Assembly: GCA_963620575.1 (NCBI GenBank)
Contig: CAVFBC010000001.1
Span: 111,912-175,911 of the forward strand
Length of the DNA: 64,000 bases
Reading direction: 5' to 3'
Source of the DNA: Alistipes putredinis
GTDB taxonomy: Bacteria; Bacteroidota; Bacteroidia; Bacteroidales; Marinilabiliaceae
In this document: positions 29,997 to 42,828 of the stretch, in pieces
How the letters are laid out: the number at the start of each line of letters is the position of its first letter
How positions within the stretch are numbered: the stretch's first letter is position 1
The notes under the pieces: model-generated
Told to the model about the DNA's origin: nothing
Database searches by the model: none
Seen by the model: only the letters and a program-made list of their open reading frames with translations
Translations under genes and position numbers: made by a program

Positions 29997-30617
29997 TTAC
30001 CAGACGTTGTTTTTGTGGATATTCTCCACTTTCCATTTGTCTTTTACCTCAGGCTGCTCTGCGGGAACTCCCACACAGATTACGCAAAGGGGCTTGACGT
30101 AGCTCGGAAGGTTCAGAATTTCAGTCAGTTTAGCAACGCGCTCCTTGTTCGGTGTCACTCCGCACCACACTGCGCCAAGACCGGTGGCGTGCGCTGCGAG
30201 CAGGATGTTCTCAGTGGCTGCCGAGGCGTCTTGAATCCAATAGGCTTTGTTGTCGCCTTCAAGGGCTTTCTCCTCATTTCCGCAGACTACAATAACTTGT
30301 TTGCATCCGTCAGAGATGCGGGTGTTTGGCAGTTGGGCCTGGATGGTGTCCAAAAGGGTCTGGTCATCAACAACCACAAAATCCCATGGCTGTTTGTTCA
30401 CGGCCGATGGGGCGGCCATGCCGGCGCGGAGCAGGGTCTCAATCTGAGCGTCGGTCAGCTTCTCACCATTGAATTTACGAACACTCGTACGGCTCATAAT
30501 GGCCTCTATGGCCGACATCTCTTTGTCATTATGTATCATGCTGTTGTCCGTTTGTGAGCAGCCTATGCCCAAGGCTATGAGAGCCATGCAGAAGGCCGCC
30601 GTGATTTGTCTTTTCAT
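29997..30617 (-). CDS. Nitroreductase-family flavoprotein with an apparent lipoprotein signal peptide
   Basis: RTSVRKF...APSAVNKQPWDFVVV...AAHATGLGAVWCG is a nitroreductase fold. The N-terminus MKRQITAAFCMALIALGIGCSQ looks like an SPII signal. Confidence 0.8.
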   Translation of the reverse strand: MKRQITAAFCMALIALGIGCSQTDNSMIHNDKEMSAIEAIMSRTSVRKFNGEKLTDAQIETLLRAGMAAPSAVNKQPWDFVVVDDQTLLDTIQAQLPNTRISDGCKQVIVVCGNEEKALEGDNKAYWIQDASAATENILLAAHATGLGAVWCGVTPNKERVAKLTEILNLPSYVKPLCVICVGVPAEQPEVKDKWKVENIHKNNVW

Positions 30618-30691
30618 CTCGTATGTGTCGTGTTATGCGTTTTCTACGTGAGCCAAGTTATAAAAAAATCGTCAGCCTTTCAAATATTGCC

Positions 30692-31531
30692 TCACACCTT
30701 GTTCTTAGAAAAATACCTCATTATCAAGCGACCTGTGACACTGAGAGCAAGCACGATGATTGTCAATACGACAGCCGCCGCATATGCTCGATTCTGTACA
30801 TCTACCTGTGGCACTGACAGTTGGAAGAATACCGCTAACGGTAATGTGGCGGCCTTGTCGCCCAAACTCTCGGGAATGTAGTCTGTGAACCCGGCTGTGA
30901 ACATGACACCAGCTGCGTCGCCCATGGCTCTGCCCACTGACAGCAATGTGGCGGTGGCAATGGCTGGGGCAATCTGCCTCACCACTATGCCAATGGTCTC
31001 AATTTTTGTGGCGCCGAGTGAATAGGCGGCCTCTAAAAGGTCTTTGGGAATGGTGCGGGCCACTTCGTCCATGCTGCGTATCAAGATTGGCACTATAAGC
31101 AGCGTCTCCACAATGATGCCACCAAGGAGCGAAGCCCTCATGCCCATCATGACCATGATGCTGAAAGCAAAAGCTCCATAGACTATGCTCGGGATGCCAA
31201 ACAAGACATCGAAAGCTAACCTCGCAATGTAAGCGAATCGTGAGCCTTTACGCAAAAAGACGTTCAGGTAGAACACGACGGGAATGCTTATTGCCAATCC
31301 AATAACAGTGGCCCCAAGTACAATGTATACTGACCCCGCAATGGCATTGAGAAAGCCACCCTCTTTGCCAATGTAGAAGCCTGCGCCAGGCAACTCACTA
31401 ACCATCTCCCATGTCAGAACAGGCAAACCCTTGCTAAAGATGCTCCACAAAACACTGGCCACGCTGACGGCCACTATGCCGAGCGACAACCACATCAGGC
31501 CACGGAATATTATCTCCTCTGTATGCTTCAT
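30692..31531 (-). CDS. pstA: Phosphate ABC transporter permease PstA
   Basis: Multi-TM permease with the EAA-type motif DEVARTIPKDLLEAAYSLGATK. The start is set at the internal ATG (MKHTEEI...) 8 nt after the pstC stop. The longer ORF start at 31708 overlaps pstC. Confidence 0.88.
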   Translation of the reverse strand: MKHTEEIIFRGLMWLSLGIVAVSVASVLWSIFSKGLPVLTWEMVSELPGAGFYIGKEGGFLNAIAGSVYIVLGATVIGLAISIPVVFYLNVFLRKGSRFAYIARLAFDVLFGIPSIVYGAFAFSIMVMMGMRASLLGGIIVETLLIVPILIRSMDEVARTIPKDLLEAAYSLGATKIETIGIVVRQIAPAIATATLLSVGRAMGDAAGVMFTAGFTDYIPESLGDKAATLPLAVFFQLSVPQVDVQNRAYAAAVVLTIIVLALSVTGRLIMRYFSKNKV

Positions 31532-31538
31532 CTCTGTT

Positions 31539-32501
31539 CTAATATTTCTTGACGCTCTTGAGATATATCCTCGCGCCAAGGTTAAAAATGAGGACAATGG
31601 CGAATAGTATGAATGCGGCGAACATGAGTGCCGATTCGTAGAGCGGCACCGAAAGCATCTCGCCATAATTGTTGGCAATGAGAGCCGGAATGGGATAGCA
31701 GGCGTCAAGCAGACTGCCAGGGACCTTAATCAGGTTTCCGCACACCATCAGCACAGCTATTGTTTCGCCCAGGGCGCGACTTATGGCCAATACGGTCGAT
31801 GCCACTATGCCGGGTAATGAAGCTTTCAGGACAACGTGCTTTGTTGTCTGCCACCGCGTCGCGCCCAATGCCAATGATGATTCGCGCAGGTCTCTGCCGA
31901 CGTTGTCAAACATCTCCATGAACAGGCTAACCAGCAATGGCAAGATCATGACACTCAGTACCACTGAGCCCGACAGTAGTGTGTAGCCCGAAGTGGCGGT
32001 GCCGACAGCCGGACCTACTATGTCACTCACAATCGGCACGACGACTAATGTGCCCCAAACGCCAAAAATAACTGATGGCAAAGAAGCTAAGATGTCAAGC
32101 AGCGGATAGACAAATCGCCTTACCGACTTCCTCGAATACTCTGTCAGCAGGATGGCAAGCAGCAGAGATGTGGGCAGAGAGATAAGGACGGCCACGCCCG
32201 TGACGTAGAAAGTGCCAGCGATGAAGGCGGCAAATCCAAACTGACCTTTGCTCGGTCTCCATTCGCTTGCCGTGAGCAAATCCCAGAGGCTGTGCTCACT
32301 GAGCAGATCTGACGACTTTGACCATAGTCCCGCCGCAATGCCCGCCACGAGAAGAAGTGCCAAGATGGTGAACAATGTCATGGTTACGGCGGCAATGTGG
32401 TCCTTGACCCTTCGCCATGTCCCTTGACCATTGTCCCCAAACCATTGTCTTGTAATTTTTTTGTCTATATTTTCCTTAACCATCCCAATATCTTTTTCCA
32501 C
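31539..32501 (-). CDS. pstC: Phosphate ABC transporter permease PstC
   Basis: Six-TM permease with DLRESSLALGATRWQT. The alternative start at Met7 would be 32483. Confidence 0.88.
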   Translation of the reverse strand: MEKDIGMVKENIDKKITRQWFGDNGQGTWRRVKDHIAAVTMTLFTILALLLVAGIAAGLWSKSSDLLSEHSLWDLLTASEWRPSKGQFGFAAFIAGTFYVTGVAVLISLPTSLLLAILLTEYSRKSVRRFVYPLLDILASLPSVIFGVWGTLVVVPIVSDIVGPAVGTATSGYTLLSGSVVLSVMILPLLVSLFMEMFDNVGRDLRESSLALGATRWQTTKHVVLKASLPGIVASTVLAISRALGETIAVLMVCGNLIKVPGSLLDACYPIPALIANNYGEMLSVPLYESALMFAAFILFAIVLIFNLGARIYLKSVKKY

Positions 32502-33085
32502 AAAGGTTTTGTGGTAGACCTGACTAAAGGTTCCTCTTTACCACCACTAACCAATATGATGTGTTCGGTGTAACCATAGTCCAAGATGGGCCACTTCTCG
32601 GGCTTAGTGGCGATACGGCGGCTGAAAATCGAGTTGCCCGTCACCACGTCAATCCCGCTGTCTGTTATGCCAGGACTCTTAATCAACTGGTTGTTCATGT
32701 ATGTCACTGGTCGTTTGGCCCCGTCTCTTATGACGTAGTAGTTGCCAATGGCCGCCTCGGTGCCATATTTTTTCAGGGTAAGATAGAGTGCCTGGAGCGC
32801 ATTGCTTTCAAGGTAGTCGCCGCCATCGACAAACATAACCCATTCACCGTGAGTCATCTCAAGCCCTTTGAGCCTTGCGGAGGTGAGTGGAACCTTCTCA
32901 TCCAAATGAATAAACCGCATGCGACGGTCTATCAGATAATTGCGTACCTGGAACTCGCCTTGGTCTGTCGAGCCGTTGTCCACGACCACGCATTCCCATT
33001 GCTGAGCCGTCTGAGCCACTATTGACTGGAGGCACGAAATGATGCTCTGCTCCTCGTTATGAAAGGTGACAATGATGCTTATCAT
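32465..33085 (-). CDS. Short family-2 glycosyltransferase (GT-A fold)
   Basis: ISIIVTFHNEEQSIISCLQSIVAQT...VVVDNGSTD and DGGD (DxD-like). Its 3' end overlaps the pstC start by 19-37 nt. Confidence 0.75.
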   Translation of the reverse strand: MISIIVTFHNEEQSIISCLQSIVAQTAQQWECVVVDNGSTDQGEFQVRNYLIDRRMRFIHLDEKVPLTSARLKGLEMTHGEWVMFVDGGDYLESNALQALYLTLKKYGTEAAIGNYYVIRDGAKRPVTYMNNQLIKSPGITDSGIDVVTGNSIFSRRIATKPEKWPILDYGYTEHIILVSGGKEEPLVRSTTKPLWKKILGWLRKI

Positions 33086-33248
33086 CTTTGCGCTTTTGCT
33101 GTTATATGATCACAAAATTAGTGTCCCACCAATCCTCAGGCAATGACAAATAAAGGTGACTTTCATACCACAACCGTGCTATTGCCCCCGACCGAGCCGG
33201 ACCTTAATTTTGCCAAAAGTGAAATAAAGTGTAATTTTAAGACTGACC

Positions 33249-37309
<4,061 letters not shown>

Positions 37310-37330
37310 TAACAAGAGGTTAACGACACG

Positions 37331-37369
37331 AAAAAAGCCCCTCCGGATGATTATCCGAGGGGCCTTTTT
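37331..37369. terminator. Rho-independent terminator (A-tract / stem / T-tract)
   Basis: aaaaaagcccctccggat gatt atccgaggggccttttt. Confidence 0.8.
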
Positions 37370-38255
37370 CGTTGTAATTAACCAAATACCTATGCAAGCC
37401 GTTGCTTGCACCCTCGCGCCGTCTCCCGACGGGTATGAGGTAATCTCAAAACCTCTATTATGAAAACACTCTAATGCTATTGCTTGCGTTAGCTTATTTG
37501 TCTTTCGACATCACAAAGCTACCACCTATCGCCATCGCGCCAAACTCTTTTCTACCCATGGGCGTTTTTCCTCATCTAAAGTATTCCCTCTTATCCCAAT
37601 TCGCTCTTTTCATCAACGAAAGATACCCTTTCCCCACATCATCGACCTTGCCGATTAATAAAATAATTCACTCCGATGGGCTATAACTCACTCGTGTATA
37701 ACTAAAAAAGGGAGATCGGCTAAATTCAGCCAACCTCCCTTTTTATAAGTCAGAATCAAAAACATCCGCATGACCGTTGTCACTGCGTGGGAACCTACAC
37801 CATCCCGGCTTTCCCAACAAACTAACCTCTATGTGAGAAACAACTCTATAAATGTCTTATGACATAGCAAATCTACCATGACGAAATTTCTTGGCGCAAT
37901 CATTTCAACACAAGTGCCGTTATTCTCAACATTTCAGTTTATGAAGGAACAGGGCGAACAGTATAAAAACTACAAAATATTGTAGTTTAGGGCTTTTCTT
38001 ATTGTTCGGTGTGCTGTTCGTTTGTGTTTTTGTAAACGAGGCGACTTTGATATCTTATATCATGACACTCGTTGAGCATTTTGGCATCATTGTTGAATTA
38101 ATTTTCGGGAGAAAAGCTGTCGTGTTATGTTTGCGGTGTCTAAACAAAGACAAGTGATAGTTTTTCATAATGGAGGTTTTTAGTAGCGATTGCTGAGACA
38201 GCATGAGCGAGTCTGTTCAACGGAACGACTTTTGTTTGATTGTGATTTCTCATAA

Positions 38256-38299
38256 ATAGCGGCCGCGGGATGTTTTCATCCTGCGGCCGCTATTTTTTC
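38256..38299. terminator. Strong stem-loop adjacent to the 3' end of the minus-strand membrane-protein gene
   Basis: 15-bp stem atagcggccgcggga/tcctgcggccgctat (one G-U pair). The T6 tract is on the plus-strand side and tatttatg on the minus side. Confidence 0.6.
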
Positions 38300-38318
38300 T
38301 TGTGGTATCTTCAGTCCC

Positions 38319-39200
38319 CTAAGCCTTCTTTTTCCCGGCAAAGAAACCTAAATAAATGGCTAAGCCAATGAAAACCAATAGTATGCCTCCCATCTGCGGC
38401 GCATATTCCATCGGCTCTACCCAAAACTCCTTAAAGAAATCCATTCGCCCCAATATCTCAACAGGTGTCCAGAACACAATGACGGTCGCTATGGCCATGC
38501 GTATGTTCGACCCCCATGAGCCTATTCTCAATTGCTTGCGGAACATAAGAACGGAGCCGGCTAAGCATATCAGACCGACAATGAAAGTGACTGGGTGGCG
38601 GTCGCCAAGGAAGTTGCTGTCATAGCAGAACATGAGCAAAAGGTAGCATGTCCACATCATGACCATAAGCTCCATGAATGTCACTATTGACGTGTGACGA
38701 GTCATAGGCCGAGCAACAATGTCGTCTCTTTTGCTGCGAAAAACGCGCTTCTGTATCCAGTTGATGGCGCAGCAGCCTGTGCGAGTGCAGAAAACGTAGA
38801 GTATGACCACCATCATCCACAGGCCAAACGTCGCAGGCATGATAAGATATTCCGGTTTGGTCACTACCTCGCCATCTACTATCTCTGGCTGGCAGCCGAA
38901 CCTGTTGGCGTAATATTGAAACAAAAACTCATACCAACCAGTCCAATAAAAAAGGCCGCCAAACAAACCGCAGAGCGTCTGCCGCGTGTCCCCTTTGACG
39001 AACACACCCCAGATGACGATGGCCAAGCCAACGGCTCCCATTGCGAAGCCCGCAACGTGGACGGCCCCCTCTGCTAAGGTCTTCTCCATTATTATCATCA
39101 GTGCATGTCCCAATGGCATGGTGAACAGCACCATCATGAAGGTGGCGATTGATTTCCACCAGTGCAGGCGGCTGTTTTGTGTGCTTGTCTGTCTCTCCAT
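38319..39200 (-). CDS. Polytopic inner-membrane protein of unknown function
   Basis: 293 aa with about 8 hydrophobic helices and no motif I recognise. Confidence 0.6.
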   Translation of the reverse strand: MERQTSTQNSRLHWWKSIATFMMVLFTMPLGHALMIIMEKTLAEGAVHVAGFAMGAVGLAIVIWGVFVKGDTRQTLCGLFGGLFYWTGWYEFLFQYYANRFGCQPEIVDGEVVTKPEYLIMPATFGLWMMVVILYVFCTRTGCCAINWIQKRVFRSKRDDIVARPMTRHTSIVTFMELMVMMWTCYLLLMFCYDSNFLGDRHPVTFIVGLICLAGSVLMFRKQLRIGSWGSNIRMAIATVIVFWTPVEILGRMDFFKEFWVEPMEYAPQMGGILLVFIGLAIYLGFFAGKKKA

Positions 39201-39367
39201 CTATGCGTTTACTGTTGAGAGGTTTATATTATTTATATCTGCTGCGAAAATAATCAAAACTATTCTAAGTACAGATAAGCAATAAAAAAGAAACAGGTTT
39301 GCCCGTTTTTCGTAGAATTATTGCGAAATTTATGCGCATTTTGCCACGACTCTATTAAAAATTGTCC

Positions 39368-41149
39368 ATGAAGAAGTTTAACACCAACAGAATCAGTTTC
39401 TTGGTGCTCGGCCCACTTGGCTTGTTCATCATCCTTATTCTCGGCATCTCCTTTTACGTTTATTTCGCCTTGAAGGCTGATCTCGAAAAGTTGCAATATG
39501 ACAGTCTGACCACCTGCCTGAGCAACCTCCGCGAGAGCATGGATCAGCGTCATGCTGGTTTTGAGCGGGCGGCTGGCCTTTTCAATGATGAGTATGACAC
39601 TTTCTACGATGCTGTGGCCGAAAATGACACCGCCACCATCGAGGATGAGCTTAAGTGGTCCGCATCCCCTGCGCAGGCTGCGGGCTATATATTTGTCAAC
39701 ATGGATGGTGACATCGTCGTCTCGAGTGTCGCACGCAAATATATTGACGAGGAAAAGTTGAGGGAGGTGACTGAGGCTACCGATAAGATGAGCATGATCA
39801 CGGCTGCTGGCGACTTCCTCGGTGACATTGTGACCGAGTACACTTCGTTTGTGGTTAAAAATTTTGATGGAGAGAAGATTGGCATTGTCTACCTCTTGGC
39901 GAGTGACCCCGATTCGCAGATCAGCACCATTTCGCTCCGCAAGCAGATTGGTGGTGATTCTTTCGTCTTCTTCGGTGACAAGTGCGTCCTCTGCACCAAC
40001 GAGGCGCGCGACCCGTCATCTGTCGTGCTCGACCCTGACATCCGCAAGACTGTCTATGAGAAGATGACGGCTTGGAACGGCACCTCCAACATGCTTGGCC
40101 GTCAAGCATATATGTCGTCTGTTCCACTCCTTGACTACACAGGTCGCACAATTGGCTCAATCCTAGTCAAGGCAGACACAAGCAGCACCGACGCTATTAT
40201 TGACTCTGTGCAGTTCATTTTGCCTGTTGTCATCGTAGTTCTCGTTTGCATCTTCGTACTCCTTGCCATCCGACTGAAGAGAAAACTCATTAACCCCATT
40301 GAGAAACTCGTAGGAACACTTGACCGTATTGCTCAGGGCGACTTGACTCAGGTGATTGAGGATGACAATAATTGTGTTGAGATATCAAATCTCACAAAGA
40401 GTATCAGGATAACTGAGGATCGCATCCGCAATGTCATCATCCCTATCCATGACACAGCAGAGGCTCTTCTGAATGCCTCCGGTCAGCTCCAGAGGGCCTC
40501 GGAGAGCCTCTCCAATGCGGCTAACCGTCAAGCTGCCTCACTTGAGGAAATATCCAGCTCTATGGAGGAGATGGGCGCCAACATCCAACAGAACACCGAT
40601 AACTCTCTCCACACCAACAAACTGACTGAGGAGATGAGCGCTATGGCGACAAGGCTCGGCAAAGCCAGTGGCAACAGCTTCGAGGCAATTCAGAATATCG
40701 CAAACAACATTAATGACATCAACGACCTTGTCAGCCAAACAAACATCCTGGCTCTCAACGCCTCTGTCGAGGCTGCGCGAGCTGGTGAACATGGCCAAGG
40801 TTTCGGTGTCGTCGCAAAAGAGGTAGGGCGACTTGCTGAGCAGACCCATGAGACGGCCGACAGCATCAACGAGACTGCAACCAGCAGTATCAATGAGGCC
40901 GAGGAGAGCTATAACCAGACGCAGCAACTCATGCCCCGAATTGAGAAGATTGCGAGCCTCATCAAGGAGATTACTACCGCCTCTGTCGAGCAGTCATCCG
41001 GCGTTCAGCAGGTTAACACAGCCATAATGGACCTCAACCGCGTCACCCAGCAAAATGCCGCTGGCGCTGAGGAGATTGCCGCAAGCACAGTGCAAATGCG
41101 TGACATGATTGACGAGCTTAATAAGTCAGTCTCTATTTTCAAGATTTAG
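39368..41149 (+). CDS. Methyl-accepting chemotaxis protein with a roughly 250-aa extracytoplasmic Cache-like sensor, HAMP and MA domains
   Basis: Two TM helices, HAMP INPIEKLVGTLDRIAQGDLTQ and the conserved hairpin tip [40 protein letters not shown] at 39368; the ORF track starts at an upstream TTG. Confidence 0.92.
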   Translation: MKKFNTNRISFLVLGPLGLFIILILGISFYVYFALKADLEKLQYDSLTTCLSNLRESMDQRHAGFERAAGLFNDEYDTFYDAVAENDTATIEDELKWSASPAQAAGYIFVNMDGDIVVSSVARKYIDEEKLREVTEATDKMSMITAAGDFLGDIVTEYTSFVVKNFDGEKIGIVYLLASDPDSQISTISLRKQIGGDSFVFFGDKCVLCTNEARDPSSVVLDPDIRKTVYEKMTAWNGTSNMLGRQAYMSSVPLLDYTGRTIGSILVKADTSSTDAIIDSVQFILPVVIVVLVCIFVLLAIRLKRKLINPIEKLVGTLDRIAQGDLTQVIEDDNNCVEISNLTKSIRITEDRIRNVIIPIHDTAEALLNASGQLQRASESLSNAANRQAASLEEISSSMEEMGANIQQNTDNSLHTNKLTEEMSAMATRLGKASGNSFEAIQNIANNINDINDLVSQTNILALNASVEAARAGEHGQGFGVVAKEVGRLAEQTHETADSINETATSSINEAEESYNQTQQLMPRIEKIASLIKEITTASVEQSSGVQQVNTAIMDLNRVTQQNAAGAEEIAASTVQMRDMIDELNKSVSIFKI

Positions 41150-41186
41150 GTCGGCATGGGCTCTTCGCCCAATGTCCTATAACAAT

Positions 41187-41229
41187 AAAAAACGCCTCAG
41201 TTTGGTCACCCCAAAACGGAGGCGTTTTT
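41187..41229 (+). terminator. Rho-independent terminator after the MCP gene
   Basis: aaaaaacgcctc ... gaggcgttttt. Confidence 0.7.
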
Positions 41230-41623
41230 GCGTTTCGTCACTACTTTGCCGTGTTTCGTCAATAAGGTTGAGTTGCTCCCTATGCCTTAGCGTAAGGTGC
41301 GTAATTTAGCATCGCAGAACAGAGAAACCATTGCCAATGGCAGGCCACCGGGCCGGTTTCATTTGTGCCGCCCCTCACCCTTGGGCAGTCACAATTGCCA
41401 ATTCAATTCACTTTTCAAGCCATTGGATCCCCATTTGTCAGTGTGAAGAGACGTATGAGGCTCTCTTCATTGCAGGTCTGTTTGGCTGACGCTTTAAGAA
41501 AATCAACATCGCTAAGGATCTTAATGTTGAAGCATCTCCCTTGTGAGATTGAGAAAATGAGACCCCGCGAATTTGAGAATACAATGTGAGTGAAATAACA
41601 TTCATCGTTATTGGACAACATTT

Positions 41624-41667
41624 CAACCCCACCACGTTCTCTGAAACTGTTGGTGGGGTTTCTTTTT
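41624..41667 (+). terminator. Rho-independent terminator with no assigned gene upstream
   Basis: 10-bp perfect stem aaccccacca/tggtggggtt followed by tctttttg. Confidence 0.6.
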
Positions 41668-41769
41668 GCCTCTCAAAACCGAACAGATGATTATTTTCAG
41701 CGTATAATGGTGCGACATCTTTGCGCAGAATTAAATATATGTTGTATCTTTACGTAATTTTAGATTGAT

Positions 41770-42348
41770 ATGCTTATGACTAAAATAGGGGCCAATAAAG
41801 ACTTCCTTGAGTTCGCCTACCAGCTATATCACACAATGCAGGCCAACGAGATTAACCTCGTCTACGAAGGCGTTGTGACGCAGGAGATTACCAAGACATT
41901 TACAGCTCTCACCGAGAAGAACATGGTCAAAAACGAGGAGACCAGCCAGGTGCAGCGCAAGGTCTTCAATGTCATGGTTGAGTGTCTCCAGAACATATCT
42001 AAGCATGCCGACCCGATGGACGGTGAGGAGGATGAGGAACGCCGCGGCATTGTGCTCGTGTCTCATGGCGAGGCGAGCTATAACGTAATCACAGGTAACG
42101 TTATCAAGGCGGAGAAAAAGGCAGGTCTCGAAGCAACCCTTGAGCATATCAACAGCCTCGACAAGGAAGGCCTCTCAGCTCTCTACAAACAGCAGATTCT
42201 TGGTGGTAAGATCTCTGAGAAAGGTGGAGCCGGCCTTGGTTTCATTGACATAGCGAAGAAGAGCGGTAATAAGATCAACTATCAGTTCAAGGATCTTGAT
42301 GACAACTACTGCTTCTTCATCATTATCACGACAATATCACGTAATTAA
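41770..42348 (+). CDS. SiaB-like GHKL-fold protein kinase (anti-sigma-factor-kinase-like)
   Basis: 192 aa. VFNVMVECLQNISKHA (N-box-like) and EKGGAGLGFIDIAKKSG (G-box-like). It lies directly upstream of a DUF1987 gene, as in siaB-siaC. Confidence 0.6.
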   Translation: MLMTKIGANKDFLEFAYQLYHTMQANEINLVYEGVVTQEITKTFTALTEKNMVKNEETSQVQRKVFNVMVECLQNISKHADPMDGEEDEERRGIVLVSHGEASYNVITGNVIKAEKKAGLEATLEHINSLDKEGLSALYKQQILGGKISEKGGAGLGFIDIAKKSGNKINYQFKDLDDNYCFFIIITTISRN

Positions 42349-42369
42349 CAGACACACATACCCTAAACA

Positions 42370-42735
42370 ATGGACGTATTAGAAATAAAAGGCACTGATG
42401 ATACCCCTTCGGTATTGATGAACAAGGATGCCAATGTCATTGAGATCTCCGGCCGTTCACTCCCCGAGGACGTGGCTACCTTCTACAAGCCCGTCATGGA
42501 TTGGATCGACAAATACAAGGAGGAGCCCAATGACCATATCGATGTCTGCTTCAAACTCGAATATTTCAACACTGCCTCTTCTAAAATGCTTCTTGACATT
42601 CTCCTTAAGTTTGAGGCTATCTCTGACAAGGTGACCGTCAAGTGGTATTCTCACGAGGAGGAGGAGGATATCGAGGATGCCGGCAAGGAGTATGAGGACA
42701 TCGTCGAGGTTCCTTTTGAGTTCATTAAGTACTAA
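42370..42735 (+). CDS. SiaC-like DUF1987 regulatory (phospho)protein
   Basis: 121 aa. ISGRSLPEDVATFYKPVMDWI...FKLEYFNTASSKMLLDIL is the DUF1987 pattern, with Thr at residue 68 in YFNT. Confidence 0.7.
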   Translation: MDVLEIKGTDDTPSVLMNKDANVIEISGRSLPEDVATFYKPVMDWIDKYKEEPNDHIDVCFKLEYFNTASSKMLLDILLKFEAISDKVTVKWYSHEEEEDIEDAGKEYEDIVEVPFEFIKY

Positions 42736-42828
42736 AGCGGAGTTTTCCTGTTCGCAGTAAGTTTCGCACCGCTCAGCTTAACTGATTCTGGTGCGCCCCA
42801 CTACCCTATCTATTCCTACTAAAGCATT

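Noticed and set aside
31532-31708. N-terminal extensions offered by the ORF track for pstA (to 31708), cheR (from 61337), ribF (from 53999), the GH2 gene (from 34064) and MCP1 (from 39362)
   Set aside because: The extensions overlap the upstream gene or use non-ATG starts and add non-homologous sequence. Internal ATGs give canonical N-termini (signal peptide or conserved motif) and tight operon spacing.
37474-37686. 70-aa plus-strand ORF downstream of the lacZ terminator
   Set aside because: It has no recognisable motif and a proline/leucine-rich, unstructured-looking sequence, with no promoter box found upstream.
41365-41621. Small ORFs (74 aa on the plus strand with a GTG start, 65-68 aa on the minus strand) between MCP1 and the SiaB-like gene
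   Set aside because: They overlap each other, lack motifs and have non-canonical starts. They are not reported as CDS.
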